Assembly (NCBI RefSeq): GCF_011045215.1
Contig: NZ_CP049201.1
Direction: 5' to 3' (one strand)
Source of the DNA: Escherichia coli
GTDB lineage: Bacteria; Pseudomonadota; Gammaproteobacteria; Enterobacterales; Enterobacteriaceae
Length of the DNA stretch: 64,000 nucleotides
A model generated the notes under the pieces. It did not search any database, was not told the origin of the DNA, and saw only the letters and a list, made by a program, of their open reading frames with translations. The translations under genes were made by a program, and so were the position numbers. Positions 16,991 through 27,041 of this stretch are shown here, one piece after another (positions within the stretch are counted from its first letter, which is position 1; each line of letters opens with the position of its first letter).

Positions 16991-18498
16991 TGGCAATTCT
17001 TGATGATGTGATTGGCGTTTTTTCACCAGGATGGAAAGCGGCAAGGCTGCGTTCCCGTGCGGTGATCCAGGCTTATGAGGCCGTAAAAACGACGCGGACA
17101 CACAAAGCCCGACGGGAGAACCGAACTGCCGACCAGTTAAGCCAGTACGGGGCCGTGTCGTTACGTGAGCAGGCCCGTTACCTTGATAACAACCACGATC
17201 TGGTTATTGGTGTATTTGACAAGCTGGAAGAACGGGTGGTGGGGAAAAACGGGATTATTGTCGAGCCACATCCGGTATTACGCAATGGGGCCATTGCCCG
17301 TGACCTGGCTGCGGAGATTCGCACCCGATGGAGTGAATGGTCTGTCAGCCCGGAAGTCACCGGGCAGTTTACCCGTCCGATGCTGGAACGTCTGATGCTT
17401 CGTACCTGGCTGCGCGATGGTGAGGTGTTTGCCCAGATGGTTTCCGGGCGCATAAACAGCCTGACGCCTTCTGCCGGTGTTCATTTCTGGCTGGAGGCGC
17501 TCGAGCCGGACTTTATTCCCATGACCAGTGATGAGAGCAACAGGCTGAATCAGGGCGTGTTTGTTGATGACTGGGGGCGTCCCGAAAAATATCTGGTGTA
17601 TAAAAGCCGTCCCGTATCCGGACGGCAGATGGAAACCAAAGAAGTGGATGCAGAGCGAATGCTGCATCTTAAATTTGTTCGCCGTCTGCACCAGATGCGC
17701 GGGACGTCTTTATTGTCCGGTGTGCTGATCCGCCTCAGTGCCCTGAAAGAGTATGAAGATTCTGAGCTGACTGCAGCAAGGATCGCCGCCGCTCTGGGGA
17801 TGTACATCCGGAAAGGCGACGGGCAGAGCTATGAAGCGGATGGTAATGGCAGCAAGGATAAGGAACGCGAGCTTACCATTCAGCCAGGCATTATTTACGA
17901 TGATCTGAAACCCGGCGAAGAAATCGGAATGGTGAAGTCGGATCGCCCAAATCCTAACCTTGAAACTTTTCGTAATGGTCAGTTGCGTGCCGTGGCGGCG
18001 GGCAGTCGTCTGAGTTTTTCCAGTACAGCGCGCAACTATAACGGCACTTACAGCGCCCAGCGTCAGGAGCTGGTTGAATCCACTGATGGCTACCTGATCC
18101 TGCAGGACTGGTTTATTGGTGCCGTCACCCGTCCGATGTATCGTGCCTGGCTGAAACAGGCTGTGGCATCCGGTGTTATCAGGCTACCCCGCGATCTTGA
18201 CCTTTCTTCACTGTATACCGCGGTGTATTCCGGACCGGTGATGCCGTGGATTGACCCTGTTAAGGAGGCTGAGGCCTGGAAAATCCAGATTCGTGGTGGA
18301 GCGGCGACAGAATCAGACTGGGTACGTGCTGGTGGTCGTAATCCGGATGATGTCAAACGTCGGCGCAAGGCCGAAATTGATGAAAACCGCAAGCTGGATC
18401 TGGTATTTGATACCGATCCGGCCAGTGATAAAGGAGGCAGCAGTGCCGCAACGAAACGACAGGAGCCGCAGCACACCGACGACCAGTCCGAAGAATAA
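16990..18498 (+). CDS. Portal protein
   Basis: ATG at 16990 overlaps gpW stop (ATGA); ~500 aa, position after terminase and W. Confidence 0.8.
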   Translation: MAILDDVIGVFSPGWKAARLRSRAVIQAYEAVKTTRTHKARRENRTADQLSQYGAVSLREQARYLDNNHDLVIGVFDKLEERVVGKNGIIVEPHPVLRNGAIARDLAAEIRTRWSEWSVSPEVTGQFTRPMLERLMLRTWLRDGEVFAQMVSGRINSLTPSAGVHFWLEALEPDFIPMTSDESNRLNQGVFVDDWGRPEKYLVYKSRPVSGRQMETKEVDAERMLHLKFVRRLHQMRGTSLLSGVLIRLSALKEYEDSELTAARIAAALGMYIRKGDGQSYEADGNGSKDKERELTIQPGIIYDDLKPGEEIGMVKSDRPNPNLETFRNGQLRAVAAGSRLSFSSTARNYNGTYSAQRQELVESTDGYLILQDWFIGAVTRPMYRAWLKQAVASGVIRLPRDLDLSSLYTAVYSGPVMPWIDPVKEAEAWKIQIRGGAATESDWVRAGGRNPDDVKRRRKAEIDENRKLDLVFDTDPASDKGGSSAATKRQEPQHTDDQSEE

Positions 18499-18511
18499 TT
18501 CCTGGTTCAGG

Positions 18512-20470
18512 ATGCAGGCTGGTCACCAGAGTGACGCGGATATTTATATTTATGACGAGATTGGTTTCTGGGGTGTTACAGCGAAGCAGTTTATCAGTGA
18601 TCTGAATGCACTGGGCGATATCACCCATATTAATCTCCATATTAATTCACCGGGTGGCGATGTCTTTGAAGGCATCGCCATTTTTAATGCACTGAAAACA
18701 CATGGTGCGTCCATTACCGTTTATGTCGACGGTGTGGCGGCGTCAATGGCGTCGGTCATTGCGATGGTGGGAAACCCGGTCATTATGCCGGAAAACACCT
18801 TCATGATGATTCATAAACCATTTGGCTTTACGGGCGGTGATGCGGAGGACATGCGCACCTATGCCGACCTGCTCGATAAAGTTGAGGCGGTTCTGTTACC
18901 CGCTTATGCACAGAAAACCGGGAAAACCACCGATGAAATTGCTGCCATGCTGGCGGATGAGACCTGGATGTCCGGTGCCGAATGTCTGGCACATGGATTT
19001 GCTGATCAGGTAACGCCAGCCGTTAAGGCAATGGCATGTATTCAGTCAAAACGTACAGAGGAATTTAAAAAGATGCCGGAATCCATTCGAAACATGATTA
19101 CTCCGCCACGCAACAGTGCTCCACGCGTACAGGATAATGAACCTGAAGCCTCCCGGACGCCAGTGCAGGCAGCAGCACCCGTGGTGGATGAAAACAGCAT
19201 CCGTGCGCAGGTACTGGCAGAGCAAAAAGCGCGTGTAAACGGTATTAATGATCTGTTTGCCATGTTTGGCGGGCGTTATCAGACGCTGCAGGCTCAGTGT
19301 CTTGCCGATCCTGAATGTTCGCTGGAGCAGGCCCGCGAAAAGCTGTTGAACGAGATGGGGCGCGAGTCCACGCCATCCAATAAAAATACCCCGGCTCATA
19401 TTTATGCCGGTAACGGTAATTTTGTGGGGGACGGGATCCGCCAGGCGCTGATGGCGCGTGCCGGATTTGAAAAAACCGAACGTGATAATGTCTACAACGG
19501 GATGACCCTGCGTGAATATGCCCGTATGTCACTGACTGAACGGGGTATTGGGGTTTCCAGTTATAACCCGATGCAGATGGTCGGTGCGGCGTTCACACAC
19601 AGTACGTCTGACTTCGGTAATATTCTGCTGGATGTTGCGAACAAAGCCATTCTGCAGGGCTGGGAAGATGCCCCTGAAACCTATGAACAGTGGACGCGGA
19701 AAGGTCAGTTGTCTGATTTTAAAATTGCCCATCGTGTGGGTATGGGGGGCTTCAGTGCTCTGCGTCAGGTGCGTGAAGGGGCGGAATATAAATACGTCAC
19801 CACCGGAGATAAACAGGCCACTATTGCACTGGCGACCTATGGCGAGCTGTTCAGTATCACCCGTCAGGCCATTATCAATGATGATCTGAATATGCTGACC
19901 GATGTCCCGATGAAACTGGGCCGTGCGGCGAAATCCACTATTGCCGATCTGGTTTATGCCATTCTGACGTCTAACCCGAAAATCTCCACAGATAATGTAA
20001 GTCTGTTCGATAAAGCGAAACATGCAAACGTACTGGAGAGCGCTGCAATGGACGTGGCATCGCTGGATAAAGCCCGCCAGTTGATGCGCGTTCAGAAAGA
20101 GGGGGAGCGTCATCTGAATATTCGTCCTGCGTTCGTACTGGTACCGACGGCGATGGAGTCTGTTGCTAACCAGGTCATTCGCTCCTCAAGTGTCAAGGGG
20201 GCTGACATTAACGCCGGTATTATTAACCCGGTGAAAGATTTTGCGACCGTTATTGCAGAGCCTCGTCTTGATGATAACAGCCAGACCACCTTCTACCTGG
20301 CTGCGTCAAAAGGCTCCGATACGATTGAAGTGGCTTATCTCAACGGTGTGGATACGCCATATATTGATCAGATGGAGGGCTTCAGTGTGGATGGCGTGAC
20401 AACGAAAGTGCGTATTGACGCCGGTGTCGCGCCAGTTGATCACCGCGGTCTGGTGAAATGTACGGCGTAA
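18512..20470 (+). CDS. Prohead protease (ClpP/S49-like) fused to major capsid protein (Gifsy-2-type head)
   Basis: N-terminal ClpP-like region (IYIYDEIGFWGV...INSPGGDVFEGIAIFNAL...MASVIAMVGN) continuous with ~450 aa capsid-like region. Confidence 0.75.
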   Translation: MQAGHQSDADIYIYDEIGFWGVTAKQFISDLNALGDITHINLHINSPGGDVFEGIAIFNALKTHGASITVYVDGVAASMASVIAMVGNPVIMPENTFMMIHKPFGFTGGDAEDMRTYADLLDKVEAVLLPAYAQKTGKTTDEIAAMLADETWMSGAECLAHGFADQVTPAVKAMACIQSKRTEEFKKMPESIRNMITPPRNSAPRVQDNEPEASRTPVQAAAPVVDENSIRAQVLAEQKARVNGINDLFAMFGGRYQTLQAQCLADPECSLEQAREKLLNEMGRESTPSNKNTPAHIYAGNGNFVGDGIRQALMARAGFEKTERDNVYNGMTLREYARMSLTERGIGVSSYNPMQMVGAAFTHSTSDFGNILLDVANKAILQGWEDAPETYEQWTRKGQLSDFKIAHRVGMGGFSALRQVREGAEYKYVTTGDKQATIALATYGELFSITRQAIINDDLNMLTDVPMKLGRAAKSTIADLVYAILTSNPKISTDNVSLFDKAKHANVLESAAMDVASLDKARQLMRVQKEGERHLNIRPAFVLVPTAMESVANQVIRSSSVKGADINAGIINPVKDFATVIAEPRLDDNSQTTFYLAASKGSDTIEVAYLNGVDTPYIDQMEGFSVDGVTTKVRIDAGVAPVDHRGLVKCTA

Positions 20471-20493
20471 ACGTCGCAGACAACAACTCTGAT

Positions 20494-20514
20494 GGCCCGT
20501 AAGGGCTTTTTTTG
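20494..20514 (+). terminator. Weak hairpin plus T-tract after capsid gene (partial terminator)
   Basis: gccc-gtaa-gggc followed by ttttttt; second hairpin 20525..20543. Confidence 0.35.
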
Positions 20515-20556
20515 TACCTGAAATCAGCCCCTGAACGGGGCTGTGCGGAGACAGTT

Positions 20557-20880
20557 ATGGCAAAGAATTTTGTAGAAGAAGGAAAAACGGTGGCGATTGT
20601 TGCCAGTGCAGCCATCAGCAGCGGAGATCTGGTGCAGGTGGGTGATGTTTTTGCGGTGGCGCTGACCGATATTCCACAGGGTGAAACAGGCGACGGCATG
20701 ACCGAAGGTGTGTTTATCCTGCCTAAACTGAAAACGGATGACATGAAAACGGGTAAGAAGGTTTATCTGAAGTCCGGAAAAGTTCAGCTGACTAACAGCG
20801 GCTCTGATCCGCTGGTCGGGGTTGTCTGGGCAGATGCCGGAACCAGTGCAGAAGAAGTGCCGGTAAAACTCAATGTCTGA
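20557..20880 (+). CDS. Head decoration/cement-like protein (DUF2190-like)
   Basis: ATG at 20557 with GGAG upstream; small protein after capsid gene. Confidence 0.5.
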   Translation: MAKNFVEEGKTVAIVASAAISSGDLVQVGDVFAVALTDIPQGETGDGMTEGVFILPKLKTDDMKTGKKVYLKSGKVQLTNSGSDPLVGVVWADAGTSAEEVPVKLNV

Positions 20881-21148
20881 TCCCTTTTCCCGGCTGGCAG
20901 CGCGTATGGATGCGATCACGGTCAGAAAGATGGGAAAGACAGCCTCGATTAATGATGTCGATATGACTGTGATCCCGGGAGAAACACTGGCAGAGCTGAA
21001 TGCTCTGTCCGGACCTGCGGTCTCTCTGGTGGTGTTTTCTTCGGGATACCGCCCACGGCGCGGGGATCGCGTTGTTTATGACGGACAACATTGGACGGTC
21101 ACACGGCATGAACGCTTTAACGGTAAGCCAATGATCTTTATTGAGTAA
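20873..21148 (+). CDS. Head completion/head-tail joining protein (FII-position)
   Basis: Position and size; overlaps previous gene end. Confidence 0.45.
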   Translation: MSDPFSRLAARMDAITVRKMGKTASINDVDMTVIPGETLAELNALSGPAVSLVVFSSGYRPRRGDRVVYDGQHWTVTRHERFNGKPMIFIE

Positions 21149-21159
21149 AGAGGTGTGGG

Positions 21160-21738
21160 ATGAAGGGGCTTGAGAATGCCATCCGCAATCTGAACAGCCT
21201 TGATACCCGTATGGTGCCACAGGCCAGCGCATGGGCGATAAACCGTGTGGCACAGAAAGCGGTCTCGGTTGCCACCCGGCAGGTTGCCGGGAATACCGTT
21301 GCGGGAGATAACCAGGTGAAAGGGATACCCCTGAAACTGGTACGTCAGCGTGTCCGGGTGTTTAAAGCCAGTCCGTCAGGAAAAATGACGGCCAGGATCC
21401 GCGTTAACCGGGGCAATCTGCCTGCCATTAAGCTGGGGACCGCCCGGGTCAGACTGACCCGACGTGGTGGAAAACTGCAGTACCGTGGCAGCGTGCTGAA
21501 GGTGGGTAAATATCTTTTCCGGGATGCGTTTATTCAGCAACTGGCGAATGGTCGCTGGCATGTGATGCGGCGTATTGATGGCAAAAATCGTTACCCCATT
21601 GATGTGGTGAAAATCCCTCTGTCCGGACCGCTGACACAGGCATTTGAAGATGCCCGCGACCGCATCATTGCTGCGGAAATGCCGAAACAGCTGGGGTATG
21701 CACTGAAACAACAACTGAGGTTATGGCTGACCCGATGA
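21160..21738 (+). CDS. Tail completion protein (lambda Z-like), 192 aa
   Basis: Same length and position as lambda Z, immediately before U. Confidence 0.5.
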   Translation: MKGLENAIRNLNSLDTRMVPQASAWAINRVAQKAVSVATRQVAGNTVAGDNQVKGIPLKLVRQRVRVFKASPSGKMTARIRVNRGNLPAIKLGTARVRLTRRGGKLQYRGSVLKVGKYLFRDAFIQQLANGRWHVMRRIDGKNRYPIDVVKIPLSGPLTQAFEDARDRIIAAEMPKQLGYALKQQLRLWLTR

Positions 21739-22136
21739 ACCGACATACACAAATCCGCCAGGTCGTACTGGCACGCCTTCGGGAACAGTGTGGAGACAGC
21801 GCCACGTTTTTTGACGGGCTTCCGGCATTTGTTGATGCGCAGGAACTGCCTGCCGTGGCGGTGTGGCTGAGTGATGCTCAGTACACCGGAAAAATGACGG
21901 ATGACGATGACTGGCAGGCTGTTCTGCATATTGCTGTCTTCATCCGGGCACAGGCACCGGATTCAGAGCTGGATATGTGGATGGAGAGCACCATTTTCCC
22001 GGCCCTGAATGATGTACCGGCACTTTCCGGACTCATCGACACCCTGATCCCACTCGGTTTTAACTATCAACGTGATAATGAGATGGCCACCTGGGCGATG
22101 GCGGAAATCACGTACCAGATCACGTACACGAATTAA
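21723..22136 (+). CDS. Tail terminator protein (lambda U-like)
   Basis: Matches recalled lambda gpU: ATFFDG, ELPAVAV, AEYTG-like motif, DSELD.WMES, ITYQITY. Confidence 0.8.
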   Translation: MADPMNRHTQIRQVVLARLREQCGDSATFFDGLPAFVDAQELPAVAVWLSDAQYTGKMTDDDDWQAVLHIAVFIRAQAPDSELDMWMESTIFPALNDVPALSGLIDTLIPLGFNYQRDNEMATWAMAEITYQITYTN

Positions 22137-22146
22137 GGAGGTGGCA

Positions 22147-22890
22147 ATGACCACACCAAATCCACTGGCAAAAACGAAAGGTGCGGGAACGACGTTCTGG
22201 ATGTACACCGGCAAGGGCGATGCGTTTGCGAACCCTTTATCGGACACTGACTGGCTGCGTCTTGCGATGGTGAAGGATCTGCAGCCTGGCGAAATGACCG
22301 CTGATGCAGAAGATGACACTTATCTCGATGATGAAGATGCAGACTGGAAAACGACAACCCAGGGGCAGAAATCCGTCGGTGATACTTCGGCGACGCTGGC
22401 CTGGCGTCCGGGTGACAGCGGGCAGAAAAAACTGGTTCAGTTGTTCGACGCCGGTGAAGTCTGCGCGTTTCGTATCAAATATCCCAACGGTACTGTTGAT
22501 GTTTTCCGTGGCTGGCTGAGTTCACTGGGTAAAACCATTGCCTCAAAAGACGTGATGACCCGCACAGTGAAAATCAGCGGTGTGGGGCGTCCGTATCTGG
22601 CAGAAGAAGGTACTGAAACCGTGGGCGTTACCGGGCTGACGGTGGCACCGGCATCTGCCAGTGTAAAAGTGGGAGCAACCACCACGCTGACCTTTACAGT
22701 AAAACCTGACGGAGCCAGTGACAAAGCGATCAGTGTGCATTCGACAGATCCACAGACTGCCACGGTGACCCTGAACGGGCTTGTGGCCACGGTGAAAGGC
22801 GTGAAGCAGGGCAGTGTCAGCATTGTGGGCATGACTTCTGACGGCGATTTTGTGGCAGTGGCTGCGGTGGCTGTCAGCGCAGCAGGTTAA
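22147..22890 (+). CDS. Major tail protein (lambda V-like) with C-terminal Ig-like domain
   Basis: KGAGTTFWMYTG, NPLSDTDW, YLDDEDADW, NGTVDVFRGW as in recalled lambda gpV; AGGAGG RBS upstream. Confidence 0.85.
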   Translation: MTTPNPLAKTKGAGTTFWMYTGKGDAFANPLSDTDWLRLAMVKDLQPGEMTADAEDDTYLDDEDADWKTTTQGQKSVGDTSATLAWRPGDSGQKKLVQLFDAGEVCAFRIKYPNGTVDVFRGWLSSLGKTIASKDVMTRTVKISGVGRPYLAEEGTETVGVTGLTVAPASASVKVGATTTLTFTVKPDGASDKAISVHSTDPQTATVTLNGLVATVKGVKQGSVSIVGMTSDGDFVAVAAVAVSAAG

Positions 22891-22901
22891 CAGGACGATA
22901 C

Positions 22902-22927
22902 TCATCATTTGCCCCGGTTATCCGGGG
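22902..22927 (+). terminator. Hairpin plus T-tract after major tail gene
   Basis: gccccgg-ttat-ccggggc followed by tttttt. Confidence 0.4.
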
Positions 22928-22947
22928 CTTTTTTGCAGGTGGAGAAC

Positions 22948-23337
22948 ATGATGTTTCTGAAACAGGGCACGTTTAATTATGAAAAGCAGTCCGTGGTGCT
23001 CAGTGAGCTGTCCGGGCTGCAGAGAATTGAATATCTGGCGTTTGTTCAGCAGCGAACGGCAAAGTTTGATGCCGAAGAGGGAGAACTGCCGGAGGCTGAA
23101 CGACAGATTGCTTTTCTGCGGATGGGGATGGATATCAATGCCTGGCTGGTTTCCCGCTCACTGTGGAATGCGGATCAGTCTAAGGATGTTGAGACGCTTT
23201 GCGCATCCGTTATTACAACATGGTCGTATGATGCCCTGGGAGCGGGGGCGGAGATGGTTCTGTCGCTGAGCGGTATGGGAGCCATTGAGAATGCCGGGGA
23301 TTTGGAGCATGAGGTGCTGACGCCGGAAAAGTCCTGA
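22948..23337 (+). CDS. Tail assembly chaperone (lambda G-like)
   Basis: MMFLKQG...SVVLSELSGLQRIE resembles lambda G N-terminus; ATG at 22948/22951 with GGTGGAG RBS. Confidence 0.75.
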   Translation: MMFLKQGTFNYEKQSVVLSELSGLQRIEYLAFVQQRTAKFDAEEGELPEAERQIAFLRMGMDINAWLVSRSLWNADQSKDVETLCASVITTWSYDALGAGAEMVLSLSGMGAIENAGDLEHEVLTPEKS

Positions 23338-23345
23338 CGCGGGAA

Positions 23346-23675
23346 ATGCAGTTTGTCATGCGGCTTGCCCGGGAGTTCCGGCGGGCAGACTGGCGGCGGA
23401 TGCTGTCGGAAATGTCGGCCACTGAGCTTGGTGAGTGGGGCGATTATTTCCGGATGCAGAGCTTCAGTGATGTGTGGATGGATGCGCAGTTTGCCTCGCT
23501 GAAGGCATTGATCGTGAGAATGGTGTCCGGTAGCAGTGATGCTGCGGTGGCTGATTTCAGCCTTTTACCGGAAGAGAACGGGATACCGGAGCGAACGGAC
23601 GAAGAACTGATGCATCTTGGGGAAGGTATTTCCGGAGGTGTGCGTTATGGACCAGATAGCCAACCTGGTCATTGA
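23346..23675 (+). CDS. gpT-like segment; likely expressed only as G-T fusion by -1 programmed frameshift
   Basis: ORF in -1 frame relative to G, open from 23313; overlaps G 3' end; candidate slippery site GGAAAAG at 23325..23331. Confidence 0.55.
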   Translation: MQFVMRLAREFRRADWRRMLSEMSATELGEWGDYFRMQSFSDVWMDAQFASLKALIVRMVSGSSDAAVADFSLLPEENGIPERTDEELMHLGEGISGGVRYGPDSQPGH

Positions 23676-26600
23676 TTTGGGGATTGATGCGGCAGAGTTT
23701 AAAAATGAAATTCCCCGTATCAAAAACCTTCTGAATGGTGCAGCCAGCGATGCAGAACGGTCTTCTGCCCGTATGCAGCGTTTTATGGAGCGTCAGACTC
23801 AGGCCGCCCGGCAGACAATGCAGGCGGCTTCTTCGGCTGCAACAGCCGCATCCGTCCATGCGCAGACGGTGGAGAAGAGCGCACAGGCTCATGAACGCAT
23901 GGCCCGCGAGGTGGAGCAAACCCGCCAGCGTATGGAGGCACTGAGCCAGAAAATGCGCGAGGAACAGGCGCAGGCCATGGCTCTGGCGGAGGCTCAGGAT
24001 AAAGCGGCTGCTGCGTTTTATCGTCAGATTGACAGTGTGAAACAGGCCAGTGCGGGGCTGCAGGAATTACAGCGTATTCAGCAGCAGATCCGACAGGCCA
24101 GAAACAGTGGCGGGATTGGTCAGCAGGATTATCTGGCGCTGATTTCTGAGGTTACTGCGAAAACTCGAGTTCTTACACAGGCTGAGGAAGAGGCTACCCG
24201 ACAGAAAGTGGCGTTTATCCGTCAGCTTAAAGAGCAGGCAACCCGCCAGAATCTTTCATCTTCTGAGTTGCTTCGTGCTAAGGCAGCCCAGCTGGGGGTA
24301 AGCAGTGCTGCAGAAGTGTATATCCGCAAAATGGAGCAGGCAGGAAAAGCCACGCATTCGCTGGGGCTGAAAAGTGCAGCGGCCCGCCAGGAGATAGGCG
24401 TTCTGATAGGTGAACTGGCCCGCGGCAATTTAGGGGCGCTGAGAGGATCCGGGATAACGCTGGCTAACCGTGCCGGATGGATAGACACACTGATGTCACC
24501 GAAAGGCATGATGCTGGGCGGGGTTATTGGCGGTATTACCGCGGCCGTCTATGGTCTGGGTAAAGCCTGGTATGACGGTCAGAAGGAGGGGGAAGAATTT
24601 AACCGCCAGCTGTCGCTGACGGGGCACTATGCCGGAGTCACTGCCGGGCAACTGTGGACGCTCAGTCGTGCTATTTCCGGGAATGGTATCACGCAACATG
24701 CTGCAGCCGGTGCGCTGGCTCAGGTGGTGGGGAGTGGCGCATTTCGTGGAAACGATATCGGTATGGTGGCGAGAGCTGCCGCACAGATGGAGCGATCGGT
24801 TGGCCAGTCGGTCAGCGATACCATAAATCAGTTTAAGCGGCTGAAGGATGATCCTGTAAATGCCGCGAAGGCTCTGGACAATGAGCTGCATTTTCTTACT
24901 GCCACTCAGCTTGAGCAGATACGCGTCCTTGGGGAGCAGGGGCGGTCCAGTGATGCTGCACGGATAGCCATGTCTGCACTGGCAGAGGAAACCGGTCGGC
25001 GTACTGCGGATATTGATAATAACCTCAATGCGCTTGGCAGTACGCTGAAGTATCTGTCTGATTTGTGGAGTCGTTTCTGGGATGCGGCCATGAATATTGG
25101 TCGTGAAGACTCGCTGGATGAACAGATTGCCGCTTTACAGGAGAAAGTGTCGCGGGCGAAAAGACTCCCCTGGACGGCATCATCTTCTCAGGTTGAATAC
25201 GATCAGCAGCGTCTTAACGATCTTCAGGAGAAAAAACGCCAGAAGGATTTGCAGGATGCAAAAGAGCAGGCAGAGCGGAATTATCAGGAGCAACAGAAAC
25301 GACGTAATGCTGAAAATGCTGCACTGAACCGGATGAATGAAACGGAAGCAGCACGACATCAGCGTGAAATTGCGCGTATTAATGCCATGCAGTACGCCGA
25401 TCAGGCTGTCAGGGATGCGGCGATACAACGTGAAAATGAACGTTACGAGAAAGCCCTGGCATCCGGTAAGAAAAAAACACGCGAACCCCGTAATGATGAG
25501 GCCACCCGGTTATTGCTGCAGTACAGTCAGCAACAGGCACAGGTGGAAGGGCAGATTGCTGCTGCCAGACAGTCAGCAGGCATTGCCACGGAAAGGATGA
25601 CAGAAGCGCATAAACAGCTTCTGGCTCTGCAGCAGCGCATCAGCGACCTGGACGGGAAAAAACTGACGGCAGATGAAAAGAGTGTGCTGGCCCGTAAAGA
25701 TGAACTGATTCAGGCACTGACGCTGCTGGATGTAAAACAGCAGGAGCTTCAGAAACAGACGGCACTCAACGAGCTGAAGAAAAAAACAATTCAGCTGACC
25801 AGTCAACTGGCTGAAGAAGAGCGCGCTCAGCGTCAGCAACATGACCTGGATATCGCCACGGTGGGTATGGGTGATCAGCAGCGGCAGCGATATCAGGTAC
25901 AACTGAGTCTTCGCCAGAAATACCAGCAACAGCTGGAGCAGTTGAGGCGGGATAGTGAGCAGAAAGGAACATATAACACGGATGACTACAGAAAGGCCGA
26001 GCAGGCGCTGACGGAGAGCCTGAACCGACAACTGAATGAGAATCGCCGTTATTGGCAACAGCTTGAAATTGCTCAGGGTGACTGGAAAAACGGAGTCCTG
26101 CGTGCACTCCAGAATGTCACTGAGAAAGCGGATAACACAGCCGGGACAGTGGAACAGTTGTTCACGTCTGCGTTCAGTAGCATGAGTGACTGGCTGGCGA
26201 CATTCTGTACTACAGGCAAACTCAATTTCAAATCCTTCACCTCTTCTGTGCTGTCAGATATGTCCAGAATCATGGCTCAGATAGCTTTAATGAAAGCGGT
26301 AAAAGGTATTGCTTCCGCGCTGCCTTTTGATTTTGTAGCCAATGCTGATGGCGGTGTTTATCAGTCGGCTGATTTGAGTCGCTACAGTGGCACGGTGGTT
26401 AACCGTCCGACGTTTTTTGCTTTTGCAAAAGGCGCGGGTGTGATGGGGGAAGCTGGACCTGAAGCCATTCTGCCACTGCGTCGTGGTGCTGACGGTAAGC
26501 TGGGGGTTGTGGCGGATATTGGTGGTTCAGGTATGGCGATGTTTGCCCCGCAGTACAACATTGAGATCAATAACGATGGCACGAACGGGCAGATAGGTCC

Positions 26601-26703
26601 GGCTGCCCTGAAGGTGGTTTATGACCTTGGGAAAAAAGCGGCAGCGGACTTTATGCAACAGCAGGCCCGTGATGGTGGTCGGTTAAGTGGAGCATATCGG
26701 TAA
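23647..26703 (+). CDS. Tail tape measure protein (lambda H-like)
   Basis: ~1018 aa, coiled-coil-rich, Gly-rich segment; position between G-T and M. Confidence 0.85.
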   Translation: MDQIANLVIDLGIDAAEFKNEIPRIKNLLNGAASDAERSSARMQRFMERQTQAARQTMQAASSAATAASVHAQTVEKSAQAHERMAREVEQTRQRMEALSQKMREEQAQAMALAEAQDKAAAAFYRQIDSVKQASAGLQELQRIQQQIRQARNSGGIGQQDYLALISEVTAKTRVLTQAEEEATRQKVAFIRQLKEQATRQNLSSSELLRAKAAQLGVSSAAEVYIRKMEQAGKATHSLGLKSAAARQEIGVLIGELARGNLGALRGSGITLANRAGWIDTLMSPKGMMLGGVIGGITAAVYGLGKAWYDGQKEGEEFNRQLSLTGHYAGVTAGQLWTLSRAISGNGITQHAAAGALAQVVGSGAFRGNDIGMVARAAAQMERSVGQSVSDTINQFKRLKDDPVNAAKALDNELHFLTATQLEQIRVLGEQGRSSDAARIAMSALAEETGRRTADIDNNLNALGSTLKYLSDLWSRFWDAAMNIGREDSLDEQIAALQEKVSRAKRLPWTASSSQVEYDQQRLNDLQEKKRQKDLQDAKEQAERNYQEQQKRRNAENAALNRMNETEAARHQREIARINAMQYADQAVRDAAIQRENERYEKALASGKKKTREPRNDEATRLLLQYSQQQAQVEGQIAAARQSAGIATERMTEAHKQLLALQQRISDLDGKKLTADEKSVLARKDELIQALTLLDVKQQELQKQTALNELKKKTIQLTSQLAEEERAQRQQHDLDIATVGMGDQQRQRYQVQLSLRQKYQQQLEQLRRDSEQKGTYNTDDYRKAEQALTESLNRQLNENRRYWQQLEIAQGDWKNGVLRALQNVTEKADNTAGTVEQLFTSAFSSMSDWLATFCTTGKLNFKSFTSSVLSDMSRIMAQIALMKAVKGIASALPFDFVANADGGVYQSADLSRYSGTVVNRPTFFAFAKGAGVMGEAGPEAILPLRRGADGKLGVVADIGGSGMAMFAPQYNIEINNDGTNGQIGPAALKVVYDLGKKAAADFMQQQARDGGRLSGAYR

Positions 26704-27032
26704 TGGAGACGTTTCACTGGAAAGTGCGCCCGGATATGAATGTGGTATCAGAGCCGAAAGTGGTGACAGTGAAGCTGGGCGATGGTTATGAACAGCGTCG
26801 TGCGGCGGGACTGAATAACCAGTTGTCGACTTACAGCGTGACGATACGTGTTCGTAAATGTGAACACCCATCTTTAAAAGCCTTTCTGGAACGGCACGGT
26901 GGCGTCCGCGCATTTCAGTGGACGCCACCTTATGACTGGAAACCGATTAGGGTGGTTTGTCGTAAATGGTCGGCAAGCGTGGGGGCGCTGTGGGTAACCA
27001 TAACGGCAGATTTTGAACAGGTCGTGGCATAG
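26703..27032 (+). CDS. Minor tail protein (lambda M-like), 109 aa
   Basis: METFHWKV start, identical length and position to lambda M; TAATG overlap with H. Confidence 0.8.
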   Translation: METFHWKVRPDMNVVSEPKVVTVKLGDGYEQRRAAGLNNQLSTYSVTIRVRKCEHPSLKAFLERHGGVRAFQWTPPYDWKPIRVVCRKWSASVGALWVTITADFEQVVA

Positions 27033-27041
27033 GAGGCTCTG

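Noticed and set aside
19529-20113. 194-aa minus-strand ORF
   Set aside because: Antisense within the protease-capsid gene; no motifs.
25573-26058. 161-aa minus-strand ORF
   Set aside because: Antisense within the tape measure gene; Leu/Gln-rich mirror of the coiled-coil coding sequence.
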